Shown: positions 7,641 to 19,450, numbered from the whole stretch's first letter. The stretch is DNA of 60,561 nt, filler included, from 10 parts of 10 records of this genome joined end to end with filler, not necessarily neighbours in it; one strand, 5' to 3'. The notes: generated by a model not told the origin, from the letters alone. Program-made: numbers and translations.

Positions 7641-10096
7641 ATGAAGAGGGCGTTCTTGTCCGGATGGGGTGCTGCCCTGCTGGGAAAGGTAAGGCATGCC
7701 CTCTCAACGAAACAAAACAAAACAAAACAAAACAAAACACACAGCAGGGAGGAATCATGCGTTCTCTGACGACCACAGCAGCCCCTGTACTTACATGCTT
7801 CAATCCAGCAGACGGAACCGTATCTCGAGAGGTGAGTTTGTACAGTGGAGGCAACGAACTCGTGAAGGAAACCGCACAGGTCCCAATGGACACCTACGAT
7901 ACCGTGCGTATCAAATATGGGAAGGCCCGTCAGGCACAGAAGGAATGGTGTAAGGTATGGAAGGATAGAGAGAGAAAGGGATGGAGGGGTCGGACGGATC
8001 ATCGTGGCACAAGGTTCCACTTGAGGAGCGCATGGAGGTCCTCAAAGCGTTCTCGGGGCTTCTGGAACAACGTGGTGATACATTGGCCGAAGTCCTGACG
8101 CTGGACATGGGCAAGCCTATCGAGCAGGTGCGTTGGAGGTGAGAGGGACACTACGGCCACACGGTTACACGAGGCACAAGGCGAAAGCGGAGATTTCTTT
8201 CACACGACGTCGCATCGCGTTCTTTCTTGAACACACAGCCAAGGTGATTGTTGGCACCGTGCACCACGGAAGCCAACGCATTCGGCTTGATCCTCAGGTC
8301 TGTGCCCCATGCACCGTTAAGGGCGATGAGACCAAGGGCGAGGTGATCACATATGAACCATTGGTACGATCTGGGTAGATCGTTCCTCCCACCCTCCTTC
8401 CTTCCTTCCTTTCCTCTGTGCAGGGTGTTGTTGCGAACATATCTGCATGGAACTACCCGTATTTTGTTGGATCGAATGTTTTTATCCCTGCTCTTCTGAC
8501 AGGGAACGCCGTTCTCTACAAGGTATGACGGGTTTGCCAATTGATCAATCGGTTCGTCGATCACCCGGATGTACACACTAGCCATCGGAATACGCTGTGG
8601 GGACCGGATTGGCCATTAGGGATCTCCTTCACGAGAGTGGAGTTCCACAGGACGTGTGTGAAGTTGTTGTCGCCCAGAGCTAACCCTTCGTGTCAGGTGT
8701 TTGCGACGGCAATTGGTACGGGCGATGTGGGAAGAATGGTGATGATGCAAGCTGTGGATGGGGTCTTCTTCACAGGTAGATGACTTCAGCTTCCCAGCAC
8801 GGGCTATCTGATGCTCGTGTGCTCGTTACAGGATCAATGGCCACTGGAAAGAAGATCGCTGAGGCTGTAGGACGTCGAATGATCAAGATGCAACTAGAAC
8901 TGGGGGGAAAGGACCCCACCTATGTGTGTACGTGGACAAATGTGTCCTCTCTTAGGTTGTATTCGACACCACGGTAGGTGATGATGCGGATCTAGAAGAA
9001 GCTGCTACCGCTCTTGCGGATGGTGCCATGTACAATGCGGGACAAGGCTGTTGGTTCGCTCGATTCTGCTGAGTCTCTTCCTTGTGTTGGTGATCCTTCT
9101 CCCGCCATACAGCTCCGTTGAGCGGATCTACGTGCACAAGAAGGTGTACGACGCATTCATGGAAACATTTCTCAAGGTGGATGGGGGAAAGGAGAAAGTG
9201 ACCCATCCCTCACACCCTCATACGTAGGAGGTTCGGGCCTTCAAAGTGGGCACACCCAGTAATCCGTGTGCGTGGGTGATCGCACGGATGTACAAGCTCA
9301 TTAACTCGTTCTAGCCACATATATCGGGCCCCTGGCACGAAAAAGCCAACTTTCTGTGTTAGAAGAACAGGTAAACGATGCAGTGAAAAAGGGGGCCAAG
9401 CTTGAGTGTGGAGGGAGGAGGATTGCCAACAACACGGGGTTCTACTTTTCACCCACTGTCCTGAGTGCCGTCAACCACTCTATGGACGTGGTATGCAGGG
9501 GGAGGTGGATGCCCGTGGGGGATTCGTGATGCCCTTGGACAGATGCACGAGGAATCGTTTGGACCCATCATCGGAATTCAAAGCGTTCAAAACGATGCCG
9601 TGTGTTGCATTTGTTTCCTTGTTCTTCATCCCACCCCTTCGCAGGACGCTATAATCCTGATGAATGACACAAAGTATGGCTTAACAGCAGGTTCGGGGAT
9701 GTTGTTCTTTGAAATGTGATGCTGATCAAGTTTCTGCATGACAAGGGGTCTTCACGAAAAATCCGATGCGTGCACGGGCAATCCTCTCCGAGGTAGTGCT
9801 GTGGTGCATGAATGACGGGGGTAACTGACGGTCGGAAAGGTGGATGCAGCGACGGTGTACCGCAACTGTTGCGATCGTGTCTCTCCATCTCTTCCCTGGT
9901 TTGAGAGGGAGGAAACGCAACACAGAATAGACTACCCTGATTCACATGTGTAGGAGTGGACGAAAGCACTCGGGAATCGGGGTGACCCTGGGAGAAGATG
10001 GCATTCGTACATTCCTTCGTCACAAGGTGTTTGCCTTGCTGTTATTTCTCGTTCTAACAGGGCCCAATCTGTCAGGCGTGGCATCTTCAGCCATAA
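7641..10096 (+). CDS. NAD(P)-dependent aldehyde dehydrogenase, 485 aa, 20 exons, with a putative organellar targeting presequence
   Basis: GT-AG introns at 7689-7744, 7832-7879, 7955-8013, 8128-8180, 8244-8297, 8364-8423, 8523-8581, 8654-8696, 8776-8831, 8928-8977, 9054-9112, 9177-9227, 9268-9314, 9491-9542, 9600-9644, 9691-9745, 9793-9839, 9899-9953 and 10027-10075. The spliced 1458-nt frame is open and contains EPLGVVANISAWNYP, YKPSE, FFTGS, LELGGKDP, catalytic NAGQGCCS, EESFGP and YGLTAG. Confidence 0.92.
7710..7738 (+). repeat. (AAAAC)n microsatellite inside ALDH intron 1
   Basis: About six tandem AAAAC units. Other microsatellites in predicted introns: (CTTC)n near 8397-8410, (CA)n 10699-10717, (GGTT)n near 31891-31906. 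Confidence 0.9.
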
Positions 10097-12936
10097 TCAT
10101 GCATGTTTTCGTCGCCTCCATGGAAGAAGATCGGTGAGGGAGCGCTAGTCGTCGTAATAGTTACGAATACGAATGAAATCAGTGCCCTCACTACCCATCA
10201 CACCTTGTCTGCATGAATGTGCGCGACCAGTAGACAGAGAGCGGCCATGGACACGGCATACATACACAAGTAGGTAAGATGAAAAGCGAAAATTACCATG
10301 CTGAGTGCACACAGGAGCAATGCAATGCAAACGACAGTTCGTTTGGGTGGAAGAACCTTTGTCCGCGTGCCAAAATCAGAGTAGCCTCCTCTTATGAATC
10401 TATGTGCGCACCTTTCGAGCAACAAGAAGATGTCCGATAATAGGAAGGGCCAAGAACGTGTGTAGGTCAATGGGGTGATGCGTAGAGGGCCATCCTTCAA
10501 ACGAGGCAAGCGTACAGGTTCCTGTGTAGATCAAGACCACGAAGTAGAGGCAAAGCAAGGTGTGGCGGTAGTTGACGTGAGAGTCTTGAGGATCACACAC
10601 CGGCGAAGGGGATCGGTGGGAATCATCGTCATCCGACACAGGAGTGAACTCCATGGCCTTACAAATCAAGCAAAGGATCACATCCAAATCCGCAGACGCA
10701 CACACACACACACACACCTGACGAAGCCGATTACGTCGTCCAATCTCCATTCGTACCTTTGTACCCATCGCCATTACGCATCTGTTCCTTTCCGTACTTC
10801 ACGTCAACATACCACACAATGAGCCTGTCCCGTCTCCACAAGTTCCTCTTCAGCCACAAAGTCCTCACGAGGGGTAGAAAGGCGTCTGAGGCGTACGCCG
10901 GACAATGCAACTCGAGCAATGATAATCTGAAGGGGACCGAGATCAGTCAATCGTGATTCGTTTGGTGCTTTCTCCGTTCTCAACAAACCAAAAGAACAGC
11001 ATAGGGATGTAGGAGAGTCACTACGAGCATAACAACGATACCAAGGAGGCGCAGACGGGAGAGGATCGTTGGAGGGCCACCCGATTCTCGCTGTGGGGTC
11101 ACGAGATTGCTATTGGGCTGATACGTATGTTGGCAAACACCGACACGATGATTGAAAAGGGAACGCACGGAGTATTCAAGCTGTTTCCAGAGAGAACAAT
11201 ACAACAGTTCGCTGACCTGAAGAATCATCACCATTGCTATCATTGCCATCATCACCAATACTGCACGCACTTCCATAACACCACGCATACACATCATCAG
11301 GAGTCCCGTAAGTCCAACAGTAACAAAAATAACCCCTGCAGGCAAAAACCACCTAAACGAACAAGAATGTGTCAAATTCTCAAGACACAACTGCATCCTA
11401 CGAACGGAGGGGGAAGAGGTCCGTGTAGCGCTGCATCGTCACGTTGCATGGGACGTATGGAATGAAAGAAGGAGTCCCACCTGAGAGAACACGCAACACG
11501 TCACAACATGCACACATCCCGGCCCAATTACAGACGTTGCAGCACCCGGATGCAGGAGATAGGGTACAGAAGTGGCAATAGCGGCAATGACAAAGACCCA
11601 TATATGGGCACGAAGGACAGAGAGGGGGAAGGCATGGATCCTTCGCGACACAAGGTAAAGATCTATCGGGCAACTCCGTCATGAAGATGTCCATCCGAGC
11701 ACATGCCACGCATACAAACCTGAATGCCCAGAACACAGAGGAGAAGAACAAATGCGGCAGGAAAGATCATAATCCCAAAGGATCTGTGGATGATGAGACA
11801 AGGAAGGAAGAGTTACGTTGCGTGCACCAGCCAGCACAAACCGCAAAAACAATCCCATGCTTCGACGGAACGCAAAGGTTAGAATGACCGAAGAGTCACA
11901 GGCAGGATCGGACAGAAGAATGGCTTCTACGCCGTGAGGCGAGGACTGAGAAAACCGCATCTACGCAGGCAGATACAATACTTGGTATCCAAACAGGACA
12001 GAGGGAACAGGACCGTACGTCGACATGCGAGGCAAGTGATAGGAACTCCTCATTCGAGATACCACCACGAACGTACGTGATGGCTGGGAAGAGAGGCTCA
12101 GATACTGAAAAAAAAACACGAATAAGCGGATCAGTGGATCAACGCTGGGCCAAAGCGAACCAGGCCCGCGGCAATTCTCTTCATGACGCAAAACATGTGC
12201 ATAGTTCCTATCACGAAGTGTTGAAAGGGAGAGGCGTTGCATTGTCGCATGCCCAGCAGGGAGTACAACCCGTTCTGCCCCCAGGTCTGTGTACCGTCAA
12301 AGCGCTCAGCAGCAGGGACATGGTACGACAGCGAATGCACGTCACGCACTGACAGGCCACACGAATGGAATGACGGGCATTTCAAATAATTGCGCCAGAA
12401 GGAAAGCCCGGTCATTGCGCATGGGAATGCTGTGATAAGATGACTGAAGGTGAGGGGTGGAAAGAGGGTACAGATCAACCATACTCTAATCGAATCGCCT
12501 TAACAGATTTCAAGTATGATGGCTGGAGGCACAGCACACGGAGACCTTCTCCTTTTACCAAAGAGCGTTGAGGGGCAAGCGGGGAGTCCAGTCCAGGGAA
12601 CCTGCCAAAGCATTCTTCTCTTCAACACGTCTTCCTCACCCGCCCTGCACATACTGCACATACCAATCGTACTCTCGAATCGGTGAGGTGCTTCCTCGCA
12701 AGGATACAACAATAGACCCTGGTGGGAGAGAGGTGATGAGAAAGAAACTCTCAAGACTTGACGGAATCATCTGGAACCAACCAAGGGTGAATGAATCGGG
12801 AGGATGAGATTGATATGTACCTCAAACGAAGCGGCGGCACTAATTGACTCAAGACGTAGCATGGGCCCATCTACCCAGATCACTGGTGGCTGCATTCGTG
12901 AAAGGAATGAGACGACGACAGAAAATTCATCCTGCA
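10097..12936 (-). CDS. Intron-rich multipass membrane protein (5' partial), possibly the C-terminal half of GPI inositol-deacylase PGAP1/Bst1
   Basis: Minus-strand GT-AG introns, e.g. 10717-10658, 10411-10357 and 10203-10145, join ...HVNYRHTLLCLYFVVLIY...HTFLALPIIGHLLVARK-VLPPKRTVVCIALLL...TYLCMYAVSMAALCLLVAHIHADK-RSLTDLLPWRRRKHA*. The TM pattern and basic C-terminus resemble Bst1/PGAP1 as recalled. Not every internal junction was resolved. Confidence 0.5.
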
Positions 12937-13036
12937 NNNNNNNNNNNNNNNNNNNNNNNNNNNNNNNNNNNNNNNNNNNNTTAATTAATTAANNNNNNNN
13001 NNNNNNNNNNNNNNNNNNNNNNNNNNNNNNNNNNNN

Positions 13037-14434
13037 TTTTTTGCACTGCGGGGCGCTCTTGCGGATGGCCACGACTTTGTGGCCGCGGCGATTGACAAAG
13101 GCGCCCGGGCCGTGTTTGTGGAGCAGGATGTGCCCCTGCCGGACAATATCGCAGGCATCCTTGTGGCGGATACCCGCAAAGCCATGGCCCTGGCGGCCAT
13201 CAGCTTTTACGACAACCCTGTTGCCGATATGACCCTGATCGGGGTGACGGGGACCAACGGCAAGACGACGGTCTGCTACCAGCTTGAGGCGGTTTTTCAG
13301 GCGGCTGGCCGGAAGCCGGCCGTGCTCGGGACGGTCAACTACCGCTGTGGCAAAAAAACATATCCCGCTCCCAATACCACGCCGGAATCCGCTGACCTTA
13401 TCCGTATCCTCGCTGAATTCCGGGACGCGGGCGCGGACACGGTTATCATGGAGGTTTCGTCTCACGGCCTGGATCAGCACCGTATCGATGGCCTGTTTTT
13501 CGATGTCGGCGTTTTTACCAATCTGTCATCGGAACATCTCGACTACCATGGTGATATGGAATCCTATTTTGGTGTAAAAAAACGCTTTTTCAGCGAATTT
13601 CTCAAGCCGGAGACGGGGATGGCCGTGGTCAATGTTGACGACCCTTTTGGCCAGCGCCTTGCCCGGCAACTGAAACGGGTCTGGCGTTGCAGCCGTTCTT
13701 CCGAAGCGGACATCTATCTTGGTGAGATGAAGACCGCATTTACAGGGACCGATTGTTTCATCTATGGCCCCCGGGGTGAATTGCATCTTACGTCCAGCAT
13801 GTTCGGCTCATTCAATATTTCGAACCTGATGGTCACGGCCGCCGCTGCTATGGCGGCAGGAATTGAGCTTCCTCTGATTGAACAAGGCTTGGCCGGAGCA
13901 CCCCAGGTACCCGGTCGTTTGGAGCCGGTGGAGAACAACTGCGGCGCCTTTATTCTGGTGGACTACGCCCATACGGCCGACGCCTTGAAGAACGTCCTTA
14001 GTGCCTTGAAGGAGCTTTGTCCGCCCCGCCTGATCACGCTTTTCGGCTGCGGCGGCGACCGGGATCGCGGCAAACGCCCGGAAATGGGAGCGGTTGCGGC
14101 GCGCCTGGCGGACATTGTCATCCTTACCTCCGACAATCCCCGCGGCGAGGACCCCGGGGCCATCCTCGAAGAGATACGGGCGGGGATTGAACCTTGCTCC
14201 ATGCCCGAGATTTCCCGGGCCGACGGGCCGATGGTAGGGAAAAAAGGAGTTACCGCCATTGGCGACCGGCGTGAAGCCATCCGTTATGCGGTTTCTCTGC
14301 TGGTCCCTGGAGATGTCCTGCTGGTTGCGGGCAAAGGGCACGAGGACTACCAGATTATCGGTGACAGGCGTGTGGCTTTTAAAGACAGGGACGAAATCAT
14401 CCTGGCTCTGCGCGGACGGGAGGCCCACCAGTGA
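13037..14434 (+). CDS. murE: UDP-N-acetylmuramoyl-dipeptide--DAP ligase (5' truncated)
   Basis: GVTGTNGKTT, MEVSSH, VDYAHT, DNPR (meso-DAP specificity) and AGKGHE. Confidence 0.96.
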   Translation, partial: FFALRGALADGHDFVAAAIDKGARAVFVEQDVPLPDNIAGILVADTRKAMALAAISFYDNPVADMTLIGVTGTNGKTTVCYQLEAVFQAAGRKPAVLGTVNYRCGKKTYPAPNTTPESADLIRILAEFRDAGADTVIMEVSSHGLDQHRIDGLFFDVGVFTNLSSEHLDYHGDMESYFGVKKRFFSEFLKPETGMAVVNVDDPFGQRLARQLKRVWRCSRSSEADIYLGEMKTAFTGTDCFIYGPRGELHLTSSMFGSFNISNLMVTAAAAMAAGIELPLIEQGLAGAPQVPGRLEPVENNCGAFILVDYAHTADALKNVLSALKELCPPRLITLFGCGGDRDRGKRPEMGAVAARLADIVILTSDNPRGEDPGAILEEIRAGIEPCSMPEISRADGPMVGKKGVTAIGDRREAIRYAVSLLVPGDVLLVAGKGHEDYQIIGDRRVAFKDRDEIILALRGREAHQ

Positions 14435-15827
14435 AAATTTTCGACATTCAGAAGATCGCTCAGATTGTCCGGGGCAAGCTCCATCGGGGAGAAGAGAAGG
14501 TGGCGGTCAGCGGTTATTCGGTGGACAGTCGGACCATCCGCAGCGGGGATCTGTTTATTCCCTTGCGCGGGGGAAATTTCGACGGTCACGACTTTCTCCT
14601 TGAAGCCGTGCAAAAAGGGGCGGCGGCATGCCTTTCCGAAGATCTTTGCTCCGGCCTGCCGGTTCCGGTTGTCAGGGTGGAGGATACGCTGACGGCCCTG
14701 GGTGATTTGGCCGGATCCACCCGGGCGCAATTTGGGGGCCGGTAGTGGCCGTGACCGGATCGAGCGGCAAAACCACTACCAAGGAGATGCTGGCGGCGAT
14801 TCTTTCCCTGACGGGACCCGGCCTTAAAAGCCAGGGGAATTTCAACAATCTGATAGGGTTGCCCCTGACCCTTTTGAAATTGGAAGAGAATCAGAAGTGG
14901 ATGGTGCTCGAAATGGGTACGAACCAGCGCGGAGAAATAACCCGGCTGACAGCTATCGCCGATCCTGATGTCGGCGTTATCACCAATGTCGGTCCCAGCC
15001 ACCTGGAAGGGCTCCATGGTCTCGATGGTGTGGCGCGGGCCAAAGGGGAACTATTTGCTGCTCTGAAAAAGGATTCCTTTGCCGTTATCAATGCCGACGA
15101 TCCCCGGGTTCTCCAACTTCCGGTGGCCAACGGGGTGCAGCGGGTGCTCTACGGTTTGTCGTCGGATGCCGAGATTCGCGCCGAAGATGTGACGGTTCTT
15201 GGGAAAAGCGTCGCATTTAATCTGATCCTCCCGGGGGGTGAATATTCCGTCCAGCTGCCGATCTGCGGACAGCACAATGTGTCCAACGCACTGGCTGCTG
15301 CTGCCGCTGCCGTCTGCCTGAACGTTGCGGGCGATCTCATCGTGCAGGGGCTGGAAAGTTTTATCCGTCTTCCGGGCCGCATGGAGGTCTTCACCTTTGG
15401 TTCCGGCATTTTGCTTTTGGATGACACCTACAATGCCAACCCTCTGTCCATGAAATGCGCTCTGACCGTTCTCGCAGAGATGGAGAGCGAAGGGCGGCGG
15501 ATTGCCGTGCTGGGGGATATGTTGGAACTGGGCGAGCAGTCGGAGGAGCTTCACCGCGAGGTCGGAGAAGCGGCTGCCGGATTGAGTGACTTTCTGGTTC
15601 TGGTCGGCGATCGGGCCAGGGATATCGGCTACGGGGCGCAAAATTCCGGGATGGATCCGGACCGGATCCGGACCTTCTCCGATCATCTCGAGGCGGCTGT
15701 TTTCCTGCGGGAAATGCTGCAGCCGGGAGACCGGGTTCTGCTCAAAGGTTCGCGCGGAATGAAAATGGAAAAGATTCGAGCTCATCTGGAAAAAATGGAG
15801 AGCGGAGCGCCCGGCGAAGGCTCCTGA
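14431..15827 (+). CDS. murF: UDP-N-acetylmuramoyl-tripeptide--D-Ala-D-Ala ligase (apparent frameshift near 14735-14745)
   Basis: SVDSRTI and GNFDGHDF in the first frame; AVTGSSGKTTTKEM, DDTYNANP, LGDMLELG and LKGSRG in the second; shift at a G5 run. Confidence 0.93.
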
Positions 15828-15836
15828 GAGGATACT

Positions 15837-16912
15837 GTGCTTTATCATCTTTTGTACCCGCTGCATACAGAGTTTTCCGGTTTTTATGTATTCCGGTACA
15901 TAACCTTTCGGGCGATCTATGCAACGATTACGGCCCTGGTCATTTCTTTTATTATCGGGCCCTGGTTGATATCCAAGTTGTCCAGTCTTCAGCTTGGGGA
16001 GTCCATACGGAAACTTGGCCCGGAGTCGCATCTGAAAAAAGCGGGTACTCCCACCATGGGGGGGACCCTCATTCTCCTGGCCGTTGTCATACCGACCCTT
16101 TTGTGGGTGGATTTGAGCAATATTTATGTCTGGATCACACTTTTGACCACCGTTGGGTTCGGGGTTGTCGGTTTTGTAGACGATTGGCGAAAAATCAAAC
16201 ATGAAGACAGTGACGGATTATCGGCAGGCGTGAAAATAATCTGGTTGATGGGCATTGCTCTTGTCGCCGGCCTGATTCTTTTTACCTATCCGCCATTTGA
16301 GACGACCCTGGTGTTCCCTTTCTTCAAAAACCTGAGGCCTGAACTGGGACTTTTTTTATTCCCTTTTCCATTTTCGTGATCGTTGGTGCGGGCAATGCCG
16401 TCAACCTCACCGACGGACTCGACGGACTGGCCATCGGTCCCACGATCATTGCCTCAGGGACGTATCTCCTTTTCGCCTATCTGGCCGGGAATGCCAAGCT
16501 GGCGGGCTATTTACAGATCAGCAACGTTCAGGGAGCGGGGGAGCTGGCCATCTTCTGCGGAGCGATGATCGGCGCGGGACTGGGGTTTCTCTGGTTCAAC
16601 ACCTACCCCGCCCAGGTTTTCATGGGGGATGTCGGGAGCCTGGCTCTCGGCGGCGCTCTCGGGACGGTAGCAGTGATAACCAAGCATGAACTCGTGCTTG
16701 TGATTGTCGGCGGGATCTTCGTTCTTGAGACCCTTTCGGTTATTTTTCAGGTGGCCTCCTATCGCCTGTTGGGAAAAAGGATTTTCAGGATGGCGCCCAT
16801 TCACCATCATTTTGAGCTCAAAGGCTGGCCGGAGCCGAAAATTATCGTTCGTTTCTGGATTATCAGCATTATTCTGGCCCTGGTGGCCCTGTCCACCTTG
16901 AAGCTGAGGTAA
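15837..16912 (+). CDS. mraY: Phospho-N-acetylmuramoyl-pentapeptide transferase (apparent frameshift near 16350-16376)
   Basis: [35 protein letters not shown] and MAPIHHHFE; shift in a T-rich run. Confidence 0.95.
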
Positions 16913-16913
16913 C

Positions 16914-18171
16914 ATGAAACTCGATCTCGGAGGAAAAACTGTGGTTGTCGTCGGAGCAGGCTGTACGGGCTTTGCTCTGAGCCGTTACCTGCGCGGCCGA
17001 TTTGCCGAGGTGATTCTCTCCGACAAAAATCCTGCCGATCGGATTGAAGGGCTCGCGAGTCTTTCCCAGCTTGGTGTCAAGCTCGACCTCGGGGGACATA
17101 CCCGGGAGCTGTTTGAAAACGCCGACCTGATTGTCATCAGCCCCGGGGTCCCGTTGACGATCCCCTGTCTGGAGGCGGCCATGGCATGCGGAGTACCGGT
17201 CATGGGCGAAATTGAGTTTGCTTTTCAGGAGCTTTCCGCTCCCATGGTGGCCATTACCGGCACCAACGGCAAATCGACCACCACGTCCTTGGTCGGCGAG
17301 GCCTTCAAAAATTGGGGAAAAAGGACTTTTGTCGGCGGCAACCTGGGCATTCCGCTGATAGAGGCCGCCGAAATGAATCATTGGGCATGGCTGGTCGCGG
17401 AAGTCTCCTCATTTCAGCTTGAGGTACTCAGCGATTTCCGGCCCCGCTACGCTATTCTCCTCAACATCACGGAAGATCATCTCGATCGTTATCCCGGAAT
17501 GGAGGCGTATGTGGCGGCCAAGGCCAACATCTTCAACAACATGAGCGAGGACGACACGGCGGTGCTCAACGCTGATGACTCCAGGGTCATGGAAATCGCC
17601 GATAATATCCGGGCGCGCAAGGTTTTCTTTTCCTCCCGCAGCGATCTTCCCCAGGGGATGTGTCTGGCCGGGGACACCATCGTCTGGAGAGACGGGGAGG
17701 TTGAAGAAACATTTCCCATCAGCGAACTCAAGCTCAAGGGAATGCACAATCTGGAGAATGTCATGGCCGCCCTGATTCCGCCGCTACTCGAAGGTTGTCC
17801 GGCCCATACGGCTTGGCAGGCGGTGTGTGCTTTTCCCGGTTTGGAACATCGTATGAAGCTGGTTCGCGAGTTGAACGGGGTGAAGTGGTACAACGACTCC
17901 AAGGGGACCAATGTCGGTAGCGTGGTCAAGAGTTTGGCCGGTCTTTCCGCGCCGGTGACTCTGATAGCCGGCGGTAAGGATAAGGGGGGTGATTACACCC
18001 CGCTGTGCGGCCCTGTCAGGGAGAAAGTAGCACAACTCCTTCTTATCGGGCAGGCCGCCGAACGGATGCGGGAGGTTCTCGGCGATCTCACCAGGACCCG
18101 TGTTCTCGAATCCCTGGAGGAAGCCGTAAGCATGGCTCATACCCTTACCGACCCCGGAGGTTCCGTGCTCC
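16914..18171 (+). CDS. murD: UDP-N-acetylmuramoyl-L-alanine--D-glutamate ligase (3' truncated)
   Basis: ISPGVP, AITGTNGKSTTT, EVSSFQL, DHLDRY, NDSKGTN and IAGGKDKG. Confidence 0.96.
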
Positions 18172-18397
18172 NNNNNNNNNNNNNNNNNNNNNNNNNNNNN
18201 NNNNNNNNNNNNNNNTTAATTAATTAANNNNNNNNNNNNNNNNNNNNNNNNNNNNNNNNNNNNNNNNNNNNCAGGTGGCCTGACATGGCCGTTATATGAA
18301 TTAACGCTTTGCTGTTGAGTAATGTTTATTCATACTTTGGTTGTGGTAGGTGCCTACCATGGCCGTTACTTCAAGTCATTAGTTATGGAGGGTTCAA

Positions 18398-19450
18398 ATG
18401 AAGCTTCAACGGATGTGTTTTCGGTGGATTATCGTTGCATTAATAGGTACTTTTCTTGTGATTGGATCGACACTTCCCGCGTTTTCAAAAACGTACAGAT
18501 GGCAACCGTCATCATGGTTACCATCCGGAATCAGCTGGGAATCCATCGCTTACATGTCCGATTACGTGAAGCGAATGTCCAATGGTCGCATCATTATGAA
18601 ACCCAGCGCCCCCGGATCCATCGTTCCCGTATCGGAGCAGTTGGAAGCCGTTGGCATGGGGGTGGTGCAGTCCTGCTTTATCTGGCCGGGATATTTCCCC
18701 GGGCAGCTTCCGGTGGCATTTACCCACGGCGATTGTATGGCCGCACCTAAAAGTGTGGCTGAGATGCAGGATCTCTACGAAAAATATGAAGATGGTCGTA
18801 TCATGAAACTTTTACGTCAGGAATATGCCAAACATGGCGTCCATCTTGTGGGGAATGTGTATTGGGTTTTGGATAACCTGATGATCTCTAAAAAGCCACT
18901 CAATGGTATCAAAGACATCAACGGCCTGAAATTCAGATCCTCTGAGTTGATCGCTCTTCAGCTGGCAAAACTGGGTGCCGGCACCATCTGGACCCCTGCC
19001 GACGAAATTTATACCATGCTGTCCACCGGGGGTGTGGACGCCATTACCTTTTCCCATGCCGCAGATATGGTAGACATGGGGTTTCATGAAGTCACCAAAT
19101 ATTGGGTGAAATATCCCACCGCCGTTGGCCCGGCCGCCGACGCCTTTATCGTCAATTTGAACACGTGGAAAAAACTTCCTGACGATCTCAAAGCCATTCT
19201 GGAAGCGGCTTGCGAAGTGGGAACAGCCAGAAATGTGTTTCAGGCGGAGTTAACCATCTCTAAGGCATGGAATTTCGTCAAAGAAAAAGGAATTGAAGTG
19301 GTAGAGTGGTCGGAAGAAGATGCGCGAGCCCTTGCCGGGACCGCCCGGGAAGTTGTTCCTGAAAAATACATGAAAGACGAAGCCTTTAAGGAGATCTTCT
19401 CCATCACTGAAAAATGGGCAATGGAAAAAGGGTATTGGGATAAAAAATAG
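18398..19450 (+). CDS. dctP: TRAP transporter solute-binding subunit
   Basis: Signal peptide; GLKFRS and EIYTMLSTGGVDA; followed by dctQ and dctM. Confidence 0.9.
   Translation: MKLQRMCFRWIIVALIGTFLVIGSTLPAFSKTYRWQPSSWLPSGISWESIAYMSDYVKRMSNGRIIMKPSAPGSIVPVSEQLEAVGMGVVQSCFIWPGYFPGQLPVAFTHGDCMAAPKSVAEMQDLYEKYEDGRIMKLLRQEYAKHGVHLVGNVYWVLDNLMISKKPLNGIKDINGLKFRSSELIALQLAKLGAGTIWTPADEIYTMLSTGGVDAITFSHAADMVDMGFHEVTKYWVKYPTAVGPAADAFIVNLNTWKKLPDDLKAILEAACEVGTARNVFQAELTISKAWNFVKEKGIEVVEWSEEDARALAGTAREVVPEKYMKDEAFKEIFSITEKWAMEKGYWDKK

Noticed and set aside
7689-10075. Introner-like transposable origin of the ALDH introns
   Set aside because: AG|GT occurs at both ends of four introns, but the introns share no visible sequence similarity or terminal inverted repeats. 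An ordinary proto-splice-site bias explains it; all-vs-all intron alignment would be the test.
7153-12936. Alternative genetic code or heavy pseudogenisation to explain the fragmented ORFs
   Set aside because: Removing canonical GT-AG introns gives an open ALDH frame in the standard code; TAA and TGA act as stops and Gln/Trp use normal codons.
14431-16912. Split murF and mraY as pseudogenes or programmed frameshifts
   Set aside because: Both are essential genes with intact motifs. The breaks sit at homopolymer runs, and the same defect affects about a dozen genes in at least five unrelated contigs, which points to platform indel error.
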